From: an uncultured Actinomycetes bacterium
Lineage (GTDB): Bacteria; Actinomycetota; Thermoleophilia; Gaiellales; JAICJC01
Reading direction: 5' to 3'
DNA: 64,000 nt
Assembly (NCBI GenBank): GCA_963757605.1
Contig: CAVWSF010000002.1
Location: 146,619-210,618 of the forward strand
Part shown: piece after piece, positions 57,374 through 64,000 of the stretch
Layout: each line of letters opens with the position of its first letter
How positions within the stretch are numbered: the first letter of the stretch is position 1
Made by a program: the position numbers and the translations under genes
The notes under the pieces: model-generated
Told to the model about the DNA's origin: nothing
What the model saw: the letters and a program-made list of their open reading frames with translations, nothing else
Databases searched by the model: none

Positions 57374-57997
57374 ATGCTCCTCCTTGCTGATACGCTCGTT
57401 GGCATGGCCTCCGAGCCGGACTCGTCGTCACCCGGCGCCGCGCAGGCGGCCGCCGCCCGCGACCGTGCGCGCTTCGAGGAGGAGGCGCTGCAGCACGCCG
57501 AGCACCTCTACCGGATCGCGCTTCGCCTGACGGGGTCGTCGCAGACGGCGGAGGATCTCGTGCAGGAGACCTACCTGCGCGCCTTCCGCGCGTGGCGCTC
57601 CTACTCGCACGGCACCAACCTGGCCGCGTGGCTCGCGACGATCATGCGAAACGCGAACATGGACGAGCTGCGCCGCCAGAGCCGGCGGCCGCCGTCCGAG
57701 CCGCTCGACGAGCAGAGCGACTACTACCTCTACAACCGCCTTGCCGACACCGGCCGCGAGCCCCAGGAGCGGGTGCTGGCCCGCCTCTCGGGGAGCGGGG
57801 TGGTGGAGGCGCTGTCGGCGGTCCCCGAGAACTTCCGCGAGGTGGTCGTGCTGGTCGATGTGGGCGACTTCTCCTACGCCGACGCGGCCGAGATCCTGGG
57901 GATCCCGATCGGAACGGTGATGTCGCGCCTCTACCGCGGCCGGCGCCTTTTGAAGCAGCGGCTCGCGGAGCTTGCCGAGCGGGACGGCGCGGCATGA
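57374..57997 (+). CDS. sigR: ECF sigma factor, SigR/SigH-like
   Basis: The region 2 segment is AEDLVQETYLRAF and the region 4 segment is FSYADAAEILGIPIGTVMSRLYRGR. It is followed by an RsrA-like ZAS gene. An alternative ATG is at 57404. Confidence 0.8.
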   Translation: MLLLADTLVGMASEPDSSSPGAAQAAAARDRARFEEEALQHAEHLYRIALRLTGSSQTAEDLVQETYLRAFRAWRSYSHGTNLAAWLATIMRNANMDELRRQSRRPPSEPLDEQSDYYLYNRLADTGREPQERVLARLSGSGVVEALSAVPENFREVVVLVDVGDFSYADAAEILGIPIGTVMSRLYRGRRLLKQRLAELAERDGAA

Positions 57998-58239
57998 GCG
58001 TTGATCCTTGCCATGGCGCCGAGCACCTTGTACAGGCGTACCTCGACCGCGCCCTGACCGAGGCGGAGGTGGCCCGGATCGACGGGCACCTGCGCGAGTG
58101 CGACTACTGCAACGACCGCTACATCTTCGAGCGGCGCCTGCGCGAGGTCGTGCGCGACTGCTGCACGGGCGACCCCACTCCGGCCGGCTTCGTCGACCGC
58201 CTGCGCCTTCGGTGCTGCGGTCAGGACGACGTGGCGTAG
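57994..58239 (+). CDS. rsrA: Zinc-binding (HxxxCxxC) anti-sigma factor, RsrA-like
   Basis: The zinc motif is HLRECDYC within ..IDGHLRECDYCNDRY.., and CCGQDDV follows near the C terminus. The ATG overlaps the sigma stop (ATGA). 81 aa. Confidence 0.8.
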   Translation: MSVDPCHGAEHLVQAYLDRALTEAEVARIDGHLRECDYCNDRYIFERRLREVVRDCCTGDPTPAGFVDRLRLRCCGQDDVA

Positions 58240-58757
58240 TCCACGTCGCCCGGCGGGCGCAGGTCGCGGCAGTCCACGAGGTCGGCGCCCAGCGGCCGCA
58301 CAGGGGTCTCGCCGTGCTGGGCGATCTGGCGCCAGAGCGTCCGCGGCACCACGACCGGGTGGGAGCGGCCGGCGCCGTAGTCGGCCGCGAGGGCGTGCGC
58401 GCCCGCCGGCGCCGCGGCCATCCGCCGAACGGCCTCCGGGTCGAGCCCCGGCCCGTCGCCCAGCACCACGAGCGCGCGGTCGGCGTCGTCGGGGAGGGAC
58501 GCGAGCCCGGCGTGAAGCGATGCCGCCTGGCCGTCGCGCCATGACTGGCTGACGACGACCCGCGCGCCGTGCAGGGCGACGGCGGCGAGGACGTCGCCGG
58601 CTCGGGCTCCGACCACGACCACGCGCTCGTCGATCCCGGCCTCGGCCACCGCGCGGAGCACCCGCTCGAGCATTGGCACGCCGTCGACCGGGTGCAGCTG
58701 CTTCAGCCCGCCGTAGCGGCGTCCTTCGCCGGCGGCCAGTACGACCGCGGCGATCAC
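58221..58757 (-). CDS. MobA/MocA-like nucleotidyltransferase
   Basis: N-terminal AAVVLAAGEGRRYGGLKQL, then ..VLGDGP.. 178 aa. The GTG start overlaps the upstream stop (GTGA). Confidence 0.7.
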   Translation of the reverse strand: MIAAVVLAAGEGRRYGGLKQLHPVDGVPMLERVLRAVAEAGIDERVVVVGARAGDVLAAVALHGARVVVSQSWRDGQAASLHAGLASLPDDADRALVVLGDGPGLDPEAVRRMAAAPAGAHALAADYGAGRSHPVVVPRTLWRQIAQHGETPVRPLGADLVDCRDLRPPGDVDYATSS

Positions 58758-59887
58758 ACGTCGAGCACGATCGAGTCGGCGATCTGCAGCGTGCGGGCGG
58801 CGGCACGGCTGTAGGGGCGGGCGGCATCAAGGTCCTCGATGCCGAGCGCCTCCGTCCAGAGCTCCTCCGCCATGTCGAGCAGGCCCTCCACGACGTCGAG
58901 CTCGTTGCTCCCGTCGGTGTCGCACGCCCGCCGGGCCAGACCGAGCGCGCCCGGCATGTCGGGGAGGCGCGTCCACAGGAGGGTCGTCGCCATGATCAGG
59001 TACTCGTGGACGCGCACCCGCTGGAGCGGGATGGTGCGGTCGCGCGCCACGAGCGGTGGCGAGAGCGTCGGCGCCGACTCGCCGCGGGCGGCGCGCTCGG
59101 CGTTCCCCCACATGATCGCCCGCAGCTGGTCGGGCGTCGCGCCGGCACGCACCAGGGCCGTCCCGAGCTGAACCTGGGCGATGGCGCACATGCCGTACGG
59201 CGCATCGCTTGCAAACGCGATCTGCTCGGGCGAGGCCGTCGCGAGCAAGGCGCGCAGGTCGGTGTTCGACCAGACCGAGGTGTCGTAGAGGACGTTGGGA
59301 TGGTCGAGCAGCGTTCGCCCGATGTGCTGGAGGTCGGCGATGGCGGCGTGCGCCAGGATCAGCTGCGCCTCGGGGTGGTGCTCCACGAGGTGGCGCAGGT
59401 CCTCGGCGATCGCCGGCAGGCCGCGGCCGGCGTGGATCAGGATCGGCACCCGCCGCTCGGCGGCAAGCTTGAACACCGGGTCGAGCCCGCGCTCGCCGAA
59501 GTCGAACTTCTGGGCCCGCGGGTGCAGCTTGATGCCGCGGGCACCCCGGTCGAGGCAGCGCTCCGCCTCGGGGATCGGCTCCGCGGTCAGGTCGAGCCGG
59601 CAGAACGGCACGAGCGCGCCGCCGGACGCCGCCGCCCATTCGAGGACACGGTCGTTGGGGACGCGGTAGGCCGGGAACCGGTCGGGGTCGTTCAGCGGGA
59701 ACGTGAAGCACCGCTCGACGCCGTAGGCCCGCATGGCCTCCAGGAGCTCCTCGGGCGACTGGGTGAAGCCGTCCTCGTCGACGCCCAGGTGGGTGTGCGC
59801 GTCCCAGACGCGGATGTCGTCGGGGAACGTCGAGCGGACGCGGTCGAAGTGCTCTTTGAGAAGGCGTTCGAACCGCGGCGTCGGCAC
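58754..59887 (-). CDS. Amidohydrolase-2 family metal-dependent hydrolase with C-terminal extension
   Basis: Motifs WDAHTHLG, GIKLHP, ILIHAG and FASDAPYG. The start is GTG 59887 or ATG 59947; the latter would overlap the divergent gene. Confidence 0.7.
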   Translation of the reverse strand: MPTPRFERLLKEHFDRVRSTFPDDIRVWDAHTHLGVDEDGFTQSPEELLEAMRAYGVERCFTFPLNDPDRFPAYRVPNDRVLEWAAASGGALVPFCRLDLTAEPIPEAERCLDRGARGIKLHPRAQKFDFGERGLDPVFKLAAERRVPILIHAGRGLPAIAEDLRHLVEHHPEAQLILAHAAIADLQHIGRTLLDHPNVLYDTSVWSNTDLRALLATASPEQIAFASDAPYGMCAIAQVQLGTALVRAGATPDQLRAIMWGNAERAARGESAPTLSPPLVARDRTIPLQRVRVHEYLIMATTLLWTRLPDMPGALGLARRACDTDGSNELDVVEGLLDMAEELWTEALGIEDLDAARPYSRAAARTLQIADSIVLDV

Positions 59888-59927
59888 GCGGCGAACGCTA
59901 CCAGCGGCCGGGTGATAGCTTGTCCGT

Positions 59928-61073
59928 ATGACCTCAGGACTGCTCATGTACGCCGATTCGGTCCGGGATCCGGACCTCTACTTCGCGACCGGGATCTCGG
60001 TCGTCGATCCGTTCATCTACGTGGAGACGGATGGGAAGCGGGTGATCGTGACGAGCGAGATCGAAGCAGACGCCGCGCGCCGCAACTCGCGCGCGACAGA
60101 CGTGCTGCTCGACTCCACGTTCGGCTCCCGCGAGCTGGTCGCGGGCGGGATGTCGTGGGACGACGCCCAGCTCGAGGTGCTCGACCGGGTCGTCTCCGAC
60201 CTCGGCCTGAACGAGGTCGTGGTGCCGCCGTCCTTCCCGGTGGTCTATGCCGACCATCTCCGCGGCAAGGGCTTCACGGTCACCCCCGACCGCAAGCAGT
60301 TCGAGCTCCGCCGGCGCGCGAAGGACGAGCTCGCGCTCACCGGGATCCGGACCGCCCAGCGGGCCACCGAGGCGGCGATGGCGCGCGTGGTCGAGGTGCT
60401 CGGATCGTCGCGGCCGGACGGCGACGGCCTGGCCTTCGAAGGCGAGCTGCTGACGGCCGAGCGAGTCCGCGCCGAGGTGATCGAGACGCTCCGCGCCCAC
60501 GGCTGCGAGGGCGAGCCGCCGATCACGAGCCCGGGGCCGCAGGGGGCGTTCGTGCACGAGCTCGGGAAGGGCCCGGTGCGGCCGGGCGAGTCGCTCATCG
60601 TCGACATCTTCCCGACACACGTCGCGTCGCGCTTCTGCGCCGATATGACCCGCACGTTCTGCTTCGGGGACGCCCCCGACGAGCTGCGGCGGATGCACGC
60701 GACGGTGCTCGAGGCGGTGAAGCGGTCGACTGAGGCGATCCGCACCGGCGTCAACGGCCGCAGCGTGTGGGAGGCCGCCTGCGACGTGATCGAGGGCGCC
60801 GGCTACCGCACGCAGCGGAGCGTCGTGAAGGGCGAGACGCTCGACGAAGACTTCTTCCACGGGCTCGGCCACGGCGTCGGCCTCGAGGTGCACGAGGCGC
60901 CCAGCATGGGCCTCGCCGGCGACGACCTGATCGCGGGCGACGTCGTCACGATCGAGCCCGGCGTCTACCGCAAGGGGTTCGGCGGCGTGCGGCTGGAGGA
61001 CCTGGCCGTCGTCCGCGACGACGGCGCCGAGGTGCTGACCGACTTCTCGTACGACATGGAGATCCATGCCTAG
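59928..61073 (+). CDS. M24-family Xaa-Pro aminopeptidase/dipeptidase
   Basis: Pita-bread motifs are DIFP..FCADMTRT, HGLGHGVGLEVHE, VVTIEPG and RLED. Confidence 0.85.
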   Translation: MTSGLLMYADSVRDPDLYFATGISVVDPFIYVETDGKRVIVTSEIEADAARRNSRATDVLLDSTFGSRELVAGGMSWDDAQLEVLDRVVSDLGLNEVVVPPSFPVVYADHLRGKGFTVTPDRKQFELRRRAKDELALTGIRTAQRATEAAMARVVEVLGSSRPDGDGLAFEGELLTAERVRAEVIETLRAHGCEGEPPITSPGPQGAFVHELGKGPVRPGESLIVDIFPTHVASRFCADMTRTFCFGDAPDELRRMHATVLEAVKRSTEAIRTGVNGRSVWEAACDVIEGAGYRTQRSVVKGETLDEDFFHGLGHGVGLEVHEAPSMGLAGDDLIAGDVVTIEPGVYRKGFGGVRLEDLAVVRDDGAEVLTDFSYDMEIHA

Positions 61074-62397
61074 GGGCAGCACCGGCCCCCGGCCGGTGTT
61101 CCACGTCGACGACCCGGTGGCGGTGGGCCGCCGGATCCGCCAGCTCCGCCAGCAGCTGGGGCTGTCGCTCCGCCAGATCGCCGGCCCGGGCTGCTCGCCC
61201 GGGTACCTCTCGCGCGTCGAGCGCGGCCAGCGCGTGCCGTCCGTGAGCGTGATGGCCGACCTGGCCGACAAGCTGGGCGTGACGCTCGAGGACCTCGGCG
61301 GGCGCGACATCCGCACGCGCATCCCCGAGACGCGCCTCCTCGACCTCGAGCTGGCGGCGCGCATGGGCGACGAGGCCGCCCCCGAGCAGGCGCGGCGGGC
61401 GCTCGACGATGCGAGTCGGATCGGCGACCGCCGGGCCGAGAGCCGTCTGCTCGAGGTGCGGGCGCACATCGCGGCGGACGCTCGCCGTGACGGCGAGGCG
61501 GCGCGGTTGTGCGAGGACGCGATCCGGGCCGCCCCGGGGCCGGCGACCAGCCGGGCCAGGCCGGCGCTGCACGAGACGCTCGGCCGGGCGTACGCCGGCC
61601 TGGGCCGCATGGACCGGTCGATCGAGGTGCTACGCACGGCGCTCGACGAGGCGCTGGCCGAGCCGGCCGATCCCGGACTCGCCGTTCGCTTCGGCGTTCT
61701 GCTCGCGAGCGCGTACACCGACGCCGGCCAGCCCGACGAGGCCTTCCGGACGCTCGAGGCGATCAGCGCCGGCCGCGAGGTTCTGCGCGACCCGGTGGAG
61801 CTTGCGCGGCTCGAGTGGGCGATCTCGCGGACGTACGCCGAGGACGGCCAGACCGATCTCGCCGAGCGCTACGCCCGCCGCGTCGTCGCCGCGCTCGAGT
61901 GCGGCGAGCACCTCCAGCTCCTCGGCCGCTCGCACATGCTGCTCGGGAGCATCCTGCTCGACCGCGACCGGCACGCCGAGGCCGATGCCGAGCTGCGCCG
62001 GGCGACGGAGGTCCTGGAGGGAAGCGGGACGCCCGCGCCGGAGCTGGCGCTCCTCGACTACGAGCGGGGTCGGTCCGCGCTCCTCAACAGGCGGCTCGAC
62101 GACGCCGAAGCGCTGGCCAGGGCGGGCCTTGACCGCACCGAGGCGACCGAGCCCGGGACGGCGGGGATGCTCTACACGCTCCTGGCGAAGATCGCGCTCG
62201 CGCGCGGCGAGCTCGAGGAGGGCCGGCGCTTGTGCCAGGAGGCGGCGGGAGTGCTCGCCGGGACGGTCGCCGTGCACTACCTCGACGACGTGTGGCAGAC
62301 GCTGGCCGACATCGAGGAGAAGGCCGGGAACCTGCCCGCAGCGCTCGCGGCCCTGCGGCGCGTGACCGCCGGCCGGCGTACGCCGACGCGCAGCTAG
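61066..62397 (+). CDS. XRE-family HTH regulator with C-terminal TPR-like repeats
   Basis: The HTH is IRQLRQQLGLSLRQIAG..SPGYLSRVERGQRVPS. About 330 aa of Ala/Leu/Arg-rich helical repeats follow. Confidence 0.75.
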   Translation: MPRGSTGPRPVFHVDDPVAVGRRIRQLRQQLGLSLRQIAGPGCSPGYLSRVERGQRVPSVSVMADLADKLGVTLEDLGGRDIRTRIPETRLLDLELAARMGDEAAPEQARRALDDASRIGDRRAESRLLEVRAHIAADARRDGEAARLCEDAIRAAPGPATSRARPALHETLGRAYAGLGRMDRSIEVLRTALDEALAEPADPGLAVRFGVLLASAYTDAGQPDEAFRTLEAISAGREVLRDPVELARLEWAISRTYAEDGQTDLAERYARRVVAALECGEHLQLLGRSHMLLGSILLDRDRHAEADAELRRATEVLEGSGTPAPELALLDYERGRSALLNRRLDDAEALARAGLDRTEATEPGTAGMLYTLLAKIALARGELEEGRRLCQEAAGVLAGTVAVHYLDDVWQTLADIEEKAGNLPAALAALRRVTAGRRTPTRS

Positions 62398-62401
62398 CGC
62401 C

Positions 62402-63055
62402 CTACCCGTGCGCGGGGTGGACGATGACGCCCGCGATTCGGGGACGTTCGTCGACGCGCCGGAGCCACTCCTCGAGCCGCGGGTGGGCGCCGTTCAGCGA
62501 GAGGTGGTCGGCCAGGATGCGGTGGAAGCGCTCGTCGTCGTCGTCGCGCAGCCACAGGCCGTATTTCAGGAACGGGAAGGCGGCGCAGTCGGCTGCCGAG
62601 AGCTCCTCGCCCATGAGGTGGCTGCGGCCCTCGAGCAGCGCCTCGAAGAGCGCGAGCGACGCGTGCATCTCGGCAGCCAGCGCCTCGATCAGGACGTGGT
62701 CGGGGCTGTCCGCGCCGAGCTCCTGCTCGATGCGGTTGGGCGGCACCTTCCAGACCCGGTTGAACCAGTCGACGAAGACGCGTGTCTCGGCCAGGCGCGC
62801 CGGGTCGGCGGGGAAGAGCGGCGGATCGGGGAAGCGCTCCTCGAGATGCTCGATGATCCGGCTCGAGTCGACCACGATGAAGCCTTCGTCGTCGAGCACC
62901 GGGACGAGGTCCTGGCCGCTGGCCTCGCGGATCGGGGTGCGGTCGGCCGCGTCGCACATCACGACCTCCGCGTCGACGCCCTTGTGGCCGAGCGCGAGCG
63001 CGACCCGCTCGACGTTGGTTGAGAACGGGATGGCGTAGAGCCGAAGCCCGCTCAC
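62402..63055 (-). CDS. Glutathione S-transferase family protein
   Basis: The thioredoxin-like N domain shows LYAIPFSTNVERVALAL and VPVL. A helical C domain follows. GTG 63055 overlaps the upstream stop (GTGA). Confidence 0.75.
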   Translation of the reverse strand: MSGLRLYAIPFSTNVERVALALGHKGVDAEVVMCDAADRTPIREASGQDLVPVLDDEGFIVVDSSRIIEHLEERFPDPPLFPADPARLAETRVFVDWFNRVWKVPPNRIEQELGADSPDHVLIEALAAEMHASLALFEALLEGRSHLMGEELSAADCAAFPFLKYGLWLRDDDDERFHRILADHLSLNGAHPRLEEWLRRVDERPRIAGVIVHPAHG

Positions 63056-64000
63056 ACGTGCATGAGGTCGAGGAAGCGCTGGTCGTCGTCGAACGGCCCG
63101 ACGAGGCCGAAGTTGAGGCCGTTCTCGCGGATCACCTCTTGGGCGAGCCGCTGCACGTCGGCCGCGGTCACAGCCTCGATCCGTTCGAGCACCTCCTCGG
63201 GCTCGACGAGCCGGCCCTCGAGCACCTCGCGGCGAAGGCCGAAGCCGAGCAGGCCGCGCGGGTCCTCGAGCTGGAGCACGAGCCGGCCCTTCAGGAAGTT
63301 CTTCGTCCGGCGCAGCTCGACCTCGTCGAGCGGCTCCGCCGCGAGCTTCGCGAACTCGCCGACGATCGTCGAGACGGCCAGGTCGATCCGCTCGATGTCG
63401 ACGCCGGCCTGGGAGAAGAGGGTGCCCGCGTCGTGGTAGGCCGAGTGGTGGCAGAAGACGTAGTAGGCGAGGCCCTGGCGCTCGCGCACCTCGATGAAGA
63501 GCCGCGAGGACATCCCGCCGCCGAGGATGGCCGACAGCACCTGCATGACGTACCGGTCCGCGTGGTCGGTGGGCAGGCCGCGGACGCCCAGGCGGAGGTG
63601 GGCCTGGTCGGAGTCGCGCGTCTCGAGGCTCACGCGGGGCGTGTCCTGCTTCACCTCGACGGGAGTCGGCTCGCCGGTTGTGCGGTCGTCGAGCGACCCG
63701 AAGTGCGACTCGACCTCCGACAGGAAGTCGCCGTTCACCGCACCCGCCGCGCCGACGACGATCCGGCGAGGGGCGTACCACGCGCCGAGGTAGTCGAGGA
63801 ACGTCTGCCGACCGGCGGCGCGGACGGTCTCCTTCGTACCGATGATGTCCCAGCCGAGCGGCTGGTCGCCGAAGAGCAGGTGGTCGTACACGCTGTCGAC
63901 GTGGTCGCGCGGCGTGTCGACGTACATGTTCAGCTCCTCGATGATGACGCCCTTCTCGCGCTCGAGCTCCGTCGCGTCGAACTTCGAGTGCAGGAGCTGG
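63052..64000 (-). CDS. M16 (pitrilysin/insulinase) family peptidase; 5' part beyond the window
   Basis: The reading frame stays open to base 64000 (..ELEREKGVIIEELNMYVDTP..). The C-terminal half is an inactive M16 domain. Confidence 0.8.
   Translation of the reverse strand, partial: QLLHSKFDATELEREKGVIIEELNMYVDTPRDHVDSVYDHLLFGDQPLGWDIIGTKETVRAAGRQTFLDYLGAWYAPRRIVVGAAGAVNGDFLSEVESHFGSLDDRTTGEPTPVEVKQDTPRVSLETRDSDQAHLRLGVRGLPTDHADRYVMQVLSAILGGGMSSRLFIEVRERQGLAYYVFCHHSAYHDAGTLFSQAGVDIERIDLAVSTIVGEFAKLAAEPLDEVELRRTKNFLKGRLVLQLEDPRGLLGFGLRREVLEGRLVEPEEVLERIEAVTAADVQRLAQEVIRENGLNFGLVGPFDDDQRFLDLMHV

Overview
This is a high-GC (roughly 70% by eye) chromosomal window centred on the replication-origin neighbourhood of an actinobacterium-like genome. 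All calls were made by eye from the sequence and the ORF track; no searches were run.

Origin core: dnaA-dnaN-recF-DUF721-gyrB-gyrA lie on the minus strand. They diverge from rpmH-rnpA-yidD-yidC-jag-rsmG-(CZB gene)-parA-parB on the plus strand. TTCCACA-type DnaA-box clusters occur in both the dnaA-dnaN and dnaA-rpmH spacers.

Left flank:
- otsB, a secreted PhoX-like protein, polX, an L,D-transpeptidase, trxA, thiL and pheA with a candidate attenuator.
- A cobalamin-riboswitch-controlled ECF transporter operon with three extracytoplasmic proteins.
- Two tandem CaCA antiporter genes.
- An eight-gene stop/start-overlapped block: ECF sigma-fabZ-fabH-fabD-fabG-fabF-accD-accA, with birA divergent.
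- A PGRP-type amidase, nfeD-stomatin-galT-like genes, and an orphan ABC permease pair plus a merR-like gene.

Right flank:
- tRNA-Ile, tag, a PLP decarboxylase, a DUF151 nuclease and an acyl-CoA dehydrogenase.
- A 209-bp element with 27-bp perfect terminal inverted repeats.
- mntR-mntH with a promoter/operator, then mqnD-mqnB-nadA-nadC and a frameshifted nadB.
- A SigR/RsrA-like pair with a GGAAT-N18-GTT promoter, plus housekeeping enzymes.

I found no CRISPR array, rRNA gene, transposase or integrase. The most interesting candidates are:
- the B12 operon, which may encode a split transcobalamin-like capture system feeding an ECF transporter;
- the sigma-led fatty-acid operon;
- the MITE-like inverted-repeat element;
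- an AT-rich rare-codon island inside dnaA;
- the pheA attenuator candidate.

Start codons are less certain than stop codons throughout.
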